A stretch of DNA of 60,607 nucleotides, filler included, from Sphacelaria rigidula (taxonomy: Eukaryota): NCBI GenBank assembly GCA_964200075.2. It is 5 parts of 5 records of this genome, joined end to end, with 100 filler letters (N's around TTAATTAATTAA, not from the genome) between each part and the next. Parts side by side here need not be neighbours in the genome. Positions count along the whole stretch, not along the records: positions 12,146 to 24,189 come from CAXNAA020004201.1; positions 24,290 to 36,329 come from CAXNAA020004202.1; 3 more parts are not named here. The stretch is one strand, 5' to 3'. The notes beneath the pieces were generated by a model that saw nothing but the letters and a program-made list of their open reading frames with translations, searched no databases and was not told where the DNA came from. This document shows positions 12,046-24,529 of this stretch, one piece after another (within the stretch, counting starts at the first letter, position 1; each line of letters starts with the position of its first letter). The translations under genes and the position numbers were made by a program.

Positions 12046-12145
12046 NNNNNNNNNNNNNNNNNNNNNNNNNNNNNNNNNNNNNNNNNNNNTTAATTAATTA
12101 ANNNNNNNNNNNNNNNNNNNNNNNNNNNNNNNNNNNNNNNNNNNN
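12046..12145. other. Artificial contig-joining linker (N44-TTAATTAATTAA-N44)
   Basis: 100-nt spacer with a six-frame stop 12-mer; the same linker occurs at 24190, 36330 and 48470. Confidence 0.97.
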
Positions 12146-12410
12146 GACTCATCACACTAAAACCAAGTAATTTTCAGACGAATCATTATTTGTCCGACCC
12201 TTGAAAAGCACGCACGGAATGAAAAAATGGTGAAATTAAAGCGAATGATAGAGCCACTCTCAATCCGCGCTGTACTCTCAATTTCTCGAAAAAGTTGTTA
12301 TTAATGGTACTTAAAACGTTACCTAGTCTGGTGACAGCATCATTATTACTTCAGCGCCCGCAGATAAGCATTTAATAAACTCTGACCCTCATTTTTCACG
12401 TGACGATATA

Positions 12411-12695
12411 TTACAATGTTTTCATGAGATTGAGAGTGAAGCGTTATTGATTGAGAGTGGGTTTGATCATTCGCTTCAACTTGGCCAATTTTTCATCCTC
12501 TGTTTCCTTTTCTTCGCCTTTTATACTGGCGTGTGCTTATAGCTACACGTCGATATCCTAGTCAGGGATATCAAGGGCCTCTGTGGCAAGCTACTGCAGA
12601 AAACATATTGGGCCTCGTGGAGGGGCATTTCGGCACCGAAACGATTAATTCACCATTTGACCGCTCTGACTCTCAACCTCACGAAAACGCTGTTA
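12411..12695. mobile_element. MITE family M3, copy 1
   Basis: TIR TTACAATGTTTTCATGAGATTGAGAGT / ACTCTCAACCTCACGAAAACGCTGTTA in a TA context; homologue at 28929-29240, fragment near 48060. Confidence 0.85.
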
Positions 12696-14950
12696 TATAT
12701 AATGTCAGTTCAGAAGATTGCGCTCATGGGGGGTCAAAGGGATAACCTCAGATCAAGGAGTAGTGTCACAGGGCAAAAAATTCGCGCAACGCGTGTCGTT
12801 GGTTCGCCGTCTGCAGTAGTGCAGGAGATTGCTCTCCCCCGTTCTGTCGCCTTGCTTACCGAACACTCATCACACGCGACGAGAGTATATGCTCTACTGT
12901 ACAGCAATAGTACAAGCAAAGGATGGCTACACAGGTGGATCATGACCATATGCCCATCGTTTTCGAATCTGGTGGGAAAAGCGGTTGATAGAAATTCTTC
13001 CTTGGGGGGCGTGGAAAAACGAGGGTTGAGAGTGAAAAAACGAGGGTTGAGAGATTTACATCTGGCTGTCAGGACGGTAAGGCTTTGCAGTTTCCCCGCA
13101 TTTATACCTGGAATTATAGAGCGCATGTGTGTACTACGCAACCTTGACAGGGACTTGGAGACTAGGTGAAATTCCGTATGCGATTTCGACCTGTTTGTTC
13201 CCATATAAAAATCTCGCTCCAATTTTTGAGGATCGGCTGTAAATACGCTTCGCTTCACCATTGCTAAAACCTTGGAGTGCCTCGTGGGTGTGATGTGAGA
13301 GCACCACGTGAAAGGAACAAGAGTCTCACAGCGTTACTTGCGCCGTTTTCAGGGCGTTTTTGGTATCCAATATTTCCATTTTCCGCTGCCCCGAGGAATG
13401 AGTTCCACATTGTATGTGAATTGAGGCTTCAACGTGCAGCACGGAAACTATTTAGTATTCAAAAGCCCGCCACATCCACCGTCTAGTGGCGCGGCGGGCC
13501 CAGGATAGGTCGATATATTTTCCCTCTTCATCCATCGAATATCGGCGGAATCAGTCCGGTGTACTACACTAGCAGCAACAAAAAGGACGGCCTCTCAACA
13601 GAAAAAGGGCCTCTCCTTCGGCCTGTGTCGTTGCAGAAGTTTCTTTGTTGCACAATGTCCACTTTCATGTCAGGTTGTCAAGACTCATCTTTTCCTATCC
13701 TTCCTCAATAGCTGGATAAACCCCAGGTACTTGTTCATGCATAGTAGCTACCCTACATGCCCTCCTCTCTCAAGCTTCACACAAGCAAAACATACATGGT
13801 ACGTGAAATATCAAGTTTTATCTAGTCTCCAATCTCGCAACGCAAACCTCAACACGCTCGAATAAATATCTGACGTTCGCGTACATAACAAGCAAATTCA
13901 AACGTGGTACGGTGAGAACAACACGTTCACCAACAACTACGAAGAACACACAGGAAAACAACACAAGACTGAAAGATGTCTCTCGCTCTCATCCACTCGT
14001 ACTGCCTGCTCACACAAACAGAACGCCACGCAGTGCTGTACAGCACATGCGCTGACACGGGAAATTCGCAACAAGCGCCAGCGCTTTCTCGACTGTTATA
14101 CGCACCTTTTCCCTTCGCCGATGCTGCGAAAACTGCGAATAGTTCACCCCTCTTTGCCTCGCCAAGGCCGTAGACAACACAACGACGACATGGACAACAA
14201 CGATCCGTGCGTAGCAGCTCCTCCCACATAAACCACACACGCGAGACAGTTAAATTATCGTTTACTAGGTCGAGCCTAAACATCAACGTTGATTCCAAGA
14301 TCCGGAACACGTATGCCAGCTCTTGGCGTCTCCGAAAGCAATCTCGGCAAATGGTTGAGAGAGTGATCGACATATCGGCATCAGCCCGTCCCACGTCAAC
14401 GATCGTCGTCTGGGGAAGCACGCATCCGCTCAAGAGCGAGAGACACGAGACCATCATTGTATCTCTTTTGACCTCCCATCTGGCCACGGGCTCACTGTAT
14501 GTCAGCGTGTCATTCGGACTCCACTCTGTGCGTGTGCTGCAAAAGGCGCGCACATGATAGTTCTTCCCCCACCAACACCGAGGTACTCGTCGGAGGGACG
14601 TTACCTCTCGACACGCTGTCTGATTTTTTCCGATTTCATTGTTCCCACTTTCCGATTCTCATCGCCATCATCACAACAGCAGTAACTAGAAGCAACAGAA
14701 AACCCTGTTTCCAAGAAACCAACCACACCTCGTCTATTAAGCTCCCAAGATGGATAGCCTTAAGGACAGGCAATAATACGAGGGGCCGTCACCACGAAAA
14801 TGCACAACCTAAGTGTGTGCAGATCGGACTATCATACTCGTCTCTAAACCTCCCTTCAATCCTGCATTTAGTCCTCGCTTCAACCGGGGCAATCTCCCAC
14901 ACACAGACCTGGACCCCAGTTCACCAGCCGACAAGGGAAAAAAACGCCAC

Positions 14951-14970
14951 AGAGAGAGAGAGAGAGAGAG
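14951..14970. repeat. (AG)n microsatellite
   Basis: Direct reading. Confidence 0.9.
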
Positions 14971-15515
14971 TACGTGTCAATCGGCGAGGGCCGTAGTGTA
15001 AATCGGCGGGCGTTCTTGGAGACGAAGCGACCATCCTCTCCCGGTTGGACCCTAATGGCCAAACCACGAGATGAGGCGCCCGCGCTGAACTACTATTCAA
15101 ACAGCGAAGAGTGAGCACTCCAACTGTAATTTGGGTGAAAGAACACTGAACCAGTCAGGTAAAATATTCAAGCCGCAGTCAGCCTAGTCCGCTGTGTGTC
15201 GCTGTATCAGCGATCCGCGTCTGCACGTATCCCACCAAATTTCACGGTCGGGGTTCACGCCGAAGCTTTTGGCGGCTGGTTGGGTACCCAGAACACAGCC
15301 AGCCGCTGCCCCGATATACATCCTGTTCCACTCCTCCCATTCCAGCTGCATTCGACACCTGTCCGTGCATCGTCGAGGGAGGAGAGGCCACCGCGAAGCC
15401 CGACTACGTGTACTATCACATAGACTGTTACCACGCGGGGTGTCCGGAATGGCTACCTGCTGTGGTGCACGCTGCATGAGCCCTCACTCACCCCCTCCTG
15501 CCCTCAACATAAAGG

Positions 15516-15887
15516 TCACACTTTCTGCTCACTCTTTCGTTCGGCGATGAGCTGCTGCTGCCCAATTGAGTGAGGCGATTGTCGTTGTTGTGTAACAGGG
15601 GCTTGAGGATTTGTGCCGTTCGCCAGCTCTGCTTCACTCGTCTTCGTCTCGCTGCTTTTGGCCTCATCCTGCACAGAGGAGGAAGCAGCGGCTGCAACCA
15701 GTCGCCCTTCCAGCAGCTTCTTCACTACGTCAGCTGGGGCGTTGCAGAACAGCGACGCGGGATACACGGAGGAGCCCCACTGCGGATGCAAGAGGACCTT
15801 GCACCTTCCAGCATTCATGACTCGGTATTGCAGAAGCAGTTGCATGCCATCAACTTCACTGTATACCTTGTTGCCGTGTGTCATCAT
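15516..15887 (-). CDS. MMADHC: Terminal exon of cobalamin-trafficking protein CblD homologue
   Basis: After CAG acceptor: MMTHGNKVYSEVDGMQLLLQYRVMNAGRCKVLLHPQWGSSVYPASLFCNAP, matching the CblD C-terminal GCCKVxxHxxWG...SxFTNA motif; splices in phase 0 to exon 18898-18984. Confidence 0.85.
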   Translation of the reverse strand: MMTHGNKVYSEVDGMQLLLQYRVMNAGRCKVLLHPQWGSSVYPASLFCNAPADVVKKLLEGRLVAAAASSSVQDEAKSSETKTSEAELANGTNPQAPVTQQRQSPHSIGQQQLIAERKSEQKV

Positions 15888-18391
15888 CTGCTCAGTGCGA
15901 TGAGGCGCGTGCGGGGAGGGGGGGGGTGCAGCGTTGCTCCCGGGCACTTCTTATCTTCATTCTGTCTACAACGCCTCCGTACACGTAAGGCATACAGCAA
16001 GATTTCGCATCGGATCTTTGCCCTTGGCCCATGTTCCTCGGCGGAGCGAACCTCATTTAGCCAACACAAGCGGCTGTGAAACAAACAAGTTGTGTATTGC
16101 TTAGAACAGTGCGCGGGATCATGGTCAAGATCCAGCACAGGATAAGGGAAATCAGCTTCCGGGAGCAAAAGTGTCTGCCACTACCAGAGAGCAAAGACCA
16201 TTGCACTTGCATAAAAGAGTTGATAAACTGTAGTGAAGAGGGTTCAAAGTTGTTGAAAGATCACAGGGTATCTGTCATCAAATATTCGACGCACTGTCAC
16301 TCAGATTTCAACAGAACGGCGTGAGTGCACAGCTGACAAGGACTTGAAAAAAATACAGTCCCTGTCATTTCTCTTGATTTTTAGGCTGCGAAAGCACTGC
16401 CTGTAACTACATCATTTCACTGCGTTTTAGGGCAAACTGATAGCACAACCGCGTCAAGGTCCCCCCAACCTGATGATCACCCGGTATGTAGCTAAAAAGA
16501 ATGACGTCATTTCATGTTGTTGGCCGATGAAACGACATCTTTCTAAATATCAAAATCCTTGGGAATCTTGTCCTTTGTGATTGTTTCGATTCTTTCAACC
16601 CTTTTGAAACCCTCCCCTCCTGTCCCCGGGCCAGACGCCTCATTATGAGAAGCCCTGACGAAGGGGAAAAGATGGAAGCACAAAAGGCTGACGACAACCA
16701 TTTTACAATGGAAGACCGATGAAGAATCCAGTAGCACACTCGGCGAGAGCAGGAAGAATGTCCTCCCTGGAGAGGTCGAGTGAGATTTGTTCAATCATAC
16801 CACGCGACGGATGAAGTTTGTCCAACTGTATCCATCGACAATAATTAGCAAGAGCACTATGAAACATTCCATTCAAAAAACAGCAATGGGTTCCAGGGTC
16901 TGATACGGCACATCGGTAAAAAGGAAACCTTCTTTTGTTCCACTTGTCACTCGCACGGGTCTGAAAATACGCATTTGGTGAATGTTGTTGCGTCTGAGCT
17001 GTAAAACGTCGACCATATCTTGCTCAAAAACAGTCAACTGCAAATGATCAATCTTCCATTTTGAGATTCAAAAGGGTTCAGGATGGCTGCGGACTGACGG
17101 TTTCTAGCGACTTTTGTGGACCTGTCCGTTTCTACAGAACGTCATGTATCACAAATGTCAGCGCAGCTCCTTTACTCCGGGCATCATCAGGTATACATAG
17201 CAGAGATATTTACACACTTTCATCAAGGGAGGCGACGGAGAAGCGTAGCTGAAGTTCAAACTTTTCGGGATACTCGCTCGACAACGTAGCCCGAAAGTGC
17301 ATCGAGCGGCTTCACCAAGGTTTGGGATCAGTTGTGCCGATTCGCAATTGCTCGTGCGTACGAGTACCTCCCAAATTTGACGATTTTACTCGGGCTAAAG
17401 GGGACGCGCCACCCTAGTGACATAGGGGTGCGCAGTTAACCTTTCATGCACGCGTACCATCGCCTGCAGGGACAGTGCAATCAGAATCCGAGAACCGATG
17501 AGGAATTTTCTGCTGCAACTGAATCTCGCGGTGGTCCCAGCAGCCCTAGCGTACATTGCAACACGATCAATCTTCTGCGCAAACAGCTTCTCCGACGTCT
17601 CCGCTTGATGTCATGCAGCTGTGGACCTCGTTGTGTATATCCAGCTCACAGTTTGAAAATGACGAACACACTATGTACAACAGTAGTCGACGGCTGTTCG
17701 TTCGTCGGCTAGGATTCTTGCATTGCGTAGCCATGTGGATGGCCTACAGATGCTCAGTTGCGGGACAATCACTTGCCGAGTTCGTCATTCACCCGTCTAT
17801 ATTGGGGAGTGGAGGGGGTTGGCGAAGAGACGGGACAGATGACCACGTGGCCAATATTGATTCAACTGGACGGAGACGTGGAACTGAGGGCGACGTAAGG
17901 GTCAAGTTCGGAATTTCGCATGCAAAATGGTATTACGGCGCAAATATGCCGCCCAAGAGCGCACCAGATCTTCTCACAGCTCTTCATGAGTCAAGGTCTG
18001 TGAATTATGGAGCTATCTGCACGTATTGCCGTGAGGTTGTCGTGAGGTCAAGGTGGCGACGGTCACGTGTGTAGCGTCTCGCGGCAGTTTCATTCTTGGT
18101 TTGTTGCGGATGATAACGTAAACACCGGTACGACGACGAGCAGCATTGACATAGCGTGATATCGCCCACCAGTCGCACTGGGGGGGGTACCAATGTATTT
18201 TCTGGACATGAAGACAATCAGTAACATTGGGCTGGCCGAAACTCGTGTTCTTCAGTTAGGTAAAATAGGTTTCATGGGTCACCGCACCATATCACAACCA
18301 ACCACCGATAGTGGCTAACCTAACGACACAGAGACGCCGACGAACGTGAAATCTGTGAAGCAATAGCGTGCTGAACATCATGTTTAGCTTC

Positions 18392-18634
18392 GAGTGATGC
18401 TATGGTAGGGGTGTACTATTAGTTTCTGGGGTCAGAAATGTTAGGAGCCCCTCATCTAATCCAAAACGCGACTGATGAAATATGTGAGAGTACGCCAGGA
18501 TTACCATTCCAATGTGCTAGGGATATCCCGAATGATTTCGCAAACGGGGATGCACTGTACATCTAGAAACCTTGAGAGCCCATGAACCAGACAGGATTTT
18601 GCGCAAAAAGTGCACCCCTACCATAGCATTGCTC
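18392..18634. mobile_element. MITE family M1, copy 3 (inside MMADHC intron)
   Basis: Same TIRs as 6815-7071. Confidence 0.9.
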
Positions 18635-18897
18635 CTTAGCAACCCTATCCGCCTTCCCCCTGTCTTGGTCACAGAGAGTGGGGTACCCCACTTTAACCTC
18701 ATGATGATGGAGCAATTGGGAAAGGTGATCCAGTTCTGTCCACACCAATATATCGGGGACCTCCACAACTGTACACACCAAGGAAGATCTTCGTGACGCT
18801 CTTGTCGTTCTGATCATGTTCCTTCCCAAGAAGCCAATACAATTGCAACGTAACTCAGACCATCACCAGATAACCGTGTTCACATCCACGTTCTCAC

Positions 18898-18984
18898 CGG
18901 CAGGCCAGAGCACGGGTCGATGTAGTCGGCCCAGTACCCTGCTTCTCGAATCTCCTTGCACAAAACTGACGCGAACGTGACAAA
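18898..18984 (-). CDS. MMADHC: Penultimate exon of CblD homologue (FVTFASVLCKEIREAGYWADYIDPCSGLP)
   Basis: TCCAG| acceptor, |GTGAGA donor, 87 nt; GYWADxIDPxSG is the CblD signature. Confidence 0.9.
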
Positions 18985-21786
18985 CTGGACACTCGATACA
19001 CATTGGTTGGCACCACACGTTGGAAAAAGCATGGGGGAGGAGGGAACAGACGACATGAAAAAAAAGGGCTCTGTGCGTGCATCTCTAAGGCTTGGGCGAC
19101 GAGGGGAGGGTGTCGGTTACCTTCTGGTGCCGACAAAAACGTGACGTCTTGCTATCAACATCCATTGAGTTGAGGTCATGCACACAGCCTATTCAGAAAA
19201 ATCTACTCGACATCAAAAAGAAAGCTCGATGGCAGTCACTCCTGTGACTGCCACCGGCTACTTCAGATTGCGTAATATTGCCAAGGCAAGCATTTTCTCT
19301 CGGAACCATTGCTGTAAAAAGCGACAAAACGCCTGCACGGACGGTAGGGATAGGGATCACGAACACATGTATTGTCGTGACTGTGGATGGGGCCCGATTT
19401 TGGGCACTATAAATCGGGTAAACGGACACCGACCAACTACAACAGCCGACCAGTATTGATCACAAGTGCACGCGTCACCTCGAAATGACGACCACGCTAT
19501 TTCTAAATGTACTATTACTATACAGCAGTGGACCCCGAAAAATACCGGCATAAAATTGAACTGGCATACAATCGTTTTCGTGGCAACTCGGTATAAAAAC
19601 GGGATCCGCGCTTCCACCGATTCGGCACAAAATCAGACAAACTCGCCAAGCACGATTGTGCTTTTACGAAACACGCGGTGGACGTGAAATCGCGTGGTTC
19701 TGGGCGACGTTGAGTGCATATTGAAGCACAAATGGATGGCCAATGTCTGAAGAATTGTTGGTATGCAGAATAAAAATGAAAACATTTGTGTAGCTCAAGC
19801 AATTTACGTTTCTGTACTGTTCAAGTACGGCGGTCTCAATCTGCTCTATCTACTCCTTGTTGATGCACACTTGCTCTTACGTCAGCGCCTCGCGAACCTG
19901 GTCACAAGAAACACCAGCTAGTTCCTTTCCCGCAAGCTTAAGGTTGCACGTTGCGGCGCTCTCTCGGAAAGAGTCACAGGCCGGACAGCTCATGAGTTGC
20001 CTGAATAGTACTTCTTACTAGTGTACTGATCCGGATCATGAGCTAGCTAATTTATCCCCTTTTTACATGTTTTTTTTTCTCAACAGCGCCGAACGCCGAG
20101 CACGTGGAATAGCGCAAACGTAGCGCTTTGGCTTCTCGGAGCCCGCTGTCACTATCGCGTATTTTGTGTTCTTTGGGGACGGATCTGGGCGTCCTCTTCG
20201 ATTAGTTATTTCATGTAGCTCATGAGCTGTTCGACGTGTGCAAATATTCACCCCCACAAGTTCTCCAGCGGACGGAACACCTTTACACGCATATTTCCTG
20301 CAGTATCATGGGTGAAGAAAAAAGGTGCGAATATCTTGCCGTTGATAACCACAGCGTACACGGCAACTAAGGGGGGGTTAACTCTGAGTTGTCCCCCCCA
20401 CTCGCCGACTTCAGTCGTGGGAGCCGACTCTTAGTTATCGCCACCTCCAGAATGGAGTCATGGGAACGGACACTTATTGGTCGCCACTTCCCGGATTTCC
20501 TGGTAAGAGTACACTCTTAGTTGTCGTCATTTTGTCATCTGATCGAGGGAATTTCTCGTGTTGTATGAAAAAATGCGAGTTCGACAAAAATCTGAACTGT
20601 GCGTACTCAAGATCGGCAAAGTGGGCTGGAATCCTCTTGAACAGTCATCAAGTTTCTCCTGGGGTGCCAGGGTCTGCTAAGCTTTTTTGGGGTCACAATC
20701 GGAACCGAATCGCCCAAGTACATGTTTTCTAGAAGTGTGTTTTTCATACTCGTGAGAAGCGGTCCATGATCTGGGCATGATCCTCTTCGCTACACCCGGC
20801 GCAGCAGCCTGCAGTGGTTCACCTTGGAGTATGTCACGGTGTCCACATCACGGTGCGTGTTGTCATCGCATCTACTGTGGACGCTAGTCTACACCTTTTG
20901 GTACACGTGGGCGCAGTAGCCGGGGTCACACCAGTGTTGAATTCGAACGCGTTTTTTCAAAAACGTTTCGACACGATCTTGTGAAAATATCGACGAAAAT
21001 ACGAAAATATGTCGATGTCGATATTTTTTTCCATACACGGAAAATGACCGGATACGTATCGATAATCCATACTCAATACTCGATACGATATGGCTGTTTC
21101 CGTAAGGACGCAGCTTGCAAGACCTCACGGTACTACACTGATACACTAGCAACCTAACCCGGAGTGGGCGCACGCCTGATTGTATTGATGTACAGCAGCA
21201 CAAGTGCGTGATTTGTTATTTGGAATCATAGAAGTGGTGGCACAACACGCGGCGTGATGCTTCTGTGTAACAAGATTGTTTTTCATTGTGCCAGGGGCAA
21301 GAAGCAAAAGAGGTACAGTAGTTGATCACAACGCCAGGTGTGATGTTGAAGGAAGTGATATACAAACGTATATGCCGTGGCCACTATTCCCTCATGTTTC
21401 GATCGAATCGGAGCATCTACCTCGTCTCTGCGCACTACGAACTGCGGACGCACTCCTCATTTTCAGTGAAACACGCACCAAACCTCGGAACTGCGCGATA
21501 AATGCCAATGCGCGCTCGCCTTTTCTGTTCTCCATTCCAAACAAGGGAAAACGTCGGCAGCATATATCCATTTTTTCCATTGTTGGATGCACAACGAAGT
21601 ATAAACTCCAGACGCCTAAACGTGAAAGCAATAAAATTCAAAGGCTTGTAGAAAACAAATGGATATGATGAGACAAGGGAGGACGATATCGATATCCGAT
21701 TTCGATATTGGTACGTATCGACAAAAATCTTGGTCGGGGTGGAACCCCGATGCGGTGTCGACGATGCCACTTTCTGAAGCGCAACC

Positions 21787-24189
21787 TTGGCGACAGGTGA
21801 CTGTCGCCAACAATCAAGGTTTCCCCCTGACAGGTTAGTGCCTGTCGATCGCACTGCACAATGCCTCCGTGCTGACCTTTCTTTGCCAGATACGGTAGGA
21901 TCATTGATGGCACGAGTTATTCTGGACTCTGGGTCCGCGCTTACGTCTTCCAGCGTGGGTTTACTGGCCCAGTTGTCTTCGCTCTGCGGCAACGCTCAAT
22001 TACAGTTGCCGTTCCAGAACGGTCCCCAAATCGCCCACACCGCTACGGGAGAGCCTGTGACGGTAACACACACAACGTTACCAATCTCCATAAGTGTACG
22101 CACTCCGTGGGGGGCTGTGCAGATGCCACCCATCACCTTCGCTGTTATGCCCGGTAGAGATGATGTCATTCTCTTCGGCATGGCAACGATAAAGCAAATC
22201 GGCATTGATTTGTATCCTCTGGCGTTGGAGAAGTTACGCCCCCATGCCGTGCCGGTTCAGACGGACGTTGAAAACTCTAGTTATCTAGCGGCTAGGCGGG
22301 TGATCATCTCTGTCGATGCGTTTCAAACTGAGTGTGTGAAGGAAACTCCTGCGGATGAGGCAGTGGAGCGATTGGTGGACCGGGGCCCGGACATGTTTCT
22401 GGACCCTGCAAAAGAGAAGGAGGGGAGAGATCGCGCGCTGGCAGATAGCGTGCAACAGGCCGAACAGCAGGGCCTGAGCGCCGAGGGCGCACATTGTCTG
22501 CGCAATATTTTGTCTCGTCGAGTAGACACCTTTCGACGTGCGCTGTGCGGTGATCCGCCAGCGCGCGTAGAGCCGATGCGCGTGCAACTCAAGCCGCAGG
22601 CGATACGATCCGGTGAAAACCGGGTGGCTGGCTGCATGCATCGCAGCTTTGGTGGCGTTGGGTCTAGTGGTGAGGAACATCCAGGCTGTGTGGGCGAGTC
22701 CGGCGATGGCGGTGCCGAAAAGGGACACATTCCGTCTGGTCAGCGACCATCAGGCGGTGAACGCGCAAGTGAAACAGTCTCCGGGGGTGATGCCAAGCCA
22801 ACAAGACATGCGGGAGTTGCTGGGAGCCTAATGCTACGGCAAGTTGGACCTGCTACAGGGGTATTGACAGATGCCTCTGGCGCCGGAGGCTCAGGATATC
22901 TTCACGATCGTCACGCCGGAAGGTTTGTTCACACCTACTCGTGTCCCGCAGGGCGTGTTGAACGTCACGGCGCATTTCCAAGGTGTGCTGACTGACATTT
23001 TGCGAGGACTAGATTGTAAAGTGTGGGTGGATGACGTCTTCTACTTTGCTGAAACCGAAGAAGCATTGTTCGCTGTGCTTGACGAAATTCTTGGCCGCTT
23101 GGAGAGTGCTGGTCTGTTCGTCGCTGCGCATAAGTGTACTTTTTTCGCCCGCGAAGTGGTTTGGTGTGGTGAGGTGTACTCCAAGGGTACTGTTTCGCAT
23201 GATCCCGTCCGTGTTCAAGGTTTGAGCAATATGCGACGTCCTCAAAACGCTAGAGAGCTGATGCAGTTTCTGCAGGCGGTGAATAGGTTGCGGACTTCGC
23301 TCCCGCGCATGGCGGAAGTAGTTGCTCCGCTTCGAGTATTTCTGGAAGAACTCATGGCCGGGGCTTCGCGTCGGACCAAGCGGGTGGCGCGTAATCGTAC
23401 AATCCCGGAGGACGCTTGGACAGAGGATCGTGTGAGGGCGTGGCGTGCTGCGCAAGATTTGGTGGCGCAAGCGGTGCCGCTGTATCATCCTCGTCCAGGG
23501 TGCGTCGTTCTCATGTTGCCGGATGCTTCGGATTTGCACTGGGGTAATTTTTTGACGCAAGTGCCTGTGGCAGAGTGTAGTCGTGGCCTTGCGATCGAAA
23601 ACATGTCACACGAACCGTTAGCTTTTCTGAGTGACAGTTTTAAGGGTTCACAGTTGCGGTGGGCGACAGTGAACAAGGAAGGTTTCGCGATAGTCAATAC
23701 ATTTCGAAGGCCAGAGTACTTGCGTTGGGGTGGTGTTCGCATTTCCACCGATCATCGTAATCTCAAGTACATTTTTAATTCCGAGGAGTGTGTCACATCG
23801 GTGACGAAGGCCATGGCATGACGGCTTGAAAATTGGAAAGGAGTACTAGGCCAATACCGGTATGCCATTGAACACATTCCTGGACAGCGCAATTGTTGGG
23901 GAGATTTGTTGTCTCGCTGGGTGAAGGTTCCTACCGTGCCTGTTCGTTCCGTTGCCGTGTACAGCCCGTGTGATGCCGATGATTCGCTGCTCTCGTCAGA
24001 TGTCATTCGTACCGCGCAGCGCAAAACAGTCGGCGACGGTGTTCCTTTTCTCCCTACGACTTTCGGTCAAGTTGCCTTGTCTGACGGTGGTTTGTTTCGC
24101 GTGCGTGTTGGCAGTGGCGATGTTTTGTGGATTCCGTCGGATGATGAGGCTCTACAAACTCGCTTGATGGTGTGCGCTCACATGCTGTC
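21787..24189 (+). mobile_element. Degenerate Ty3/Gypsy LTR retrotransposon pol (PR-RT-RNase H), truncated by contig end
   Basis: Protease VILDSGSALT; RT GKLDLLQGY*Q...PQGVLN...VWVDDV; RNase H PDASD...KEGFAIV...TDHRNL; HIPGQRNCWGDLLSRW; frameshift near 22605 and stops at ~22828, ~22865 and ~23819. Confidence 0.95.
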
Positions 24190-24289
24190 NNNNNNNNNNN
24201 NNNNNNNNNNNNNNNNNNNNNNNNNNNNNNNNNTTAATTAATTAANNNNNNNNNNNNNNNNNNNNNNNNNNNNNNNNNNNNNNNNNNNN
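24190..24289. other. Artificial contig-joining linker
   Basis: N44-TTAATTAATTAA-N44. Confidence 0.97.
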
Positions 24290-24529
24290 CAGAGAAGCAA
24301 AAAAGGCACCGCAAGCGGCGGGAGGAGGGGGGTAGGTAGGTGTCCGGGATTTTTTTTTTTGTGCGCCCTTGGCCTATATTAAGACAAACCGTGGAAAGGT
24401 GGCAAAAATGATCGATGTGATGTCGAAATGGGGTAAAATGGAACCCCATATCACAGGTAGATAATCCAGATAGATGTCCATATCCCGTTTGGGTGCAAGA
24501 CACTCCACACGCGGCCATTTGACTACCCC

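Noticed and set aside
12090..12101. TTAATTAATTAA as a biological motif or piggyBac site
   Set aside because: Embedded in N runs at all four joins; synthetic linker
13927..14553. 208-aa minus-strand ORF
   Set aside because: No recognisable motif; lies 1-1.6 kb downstream of the MMADHC stop in GT-rich, 3' UTR-like sequence
15950..17330. Possible decayed hAT-type transposase in the MMADHC intron
   Set aside because: Only vague Cys/Trp patterns and many stops; cannot be supported by eye
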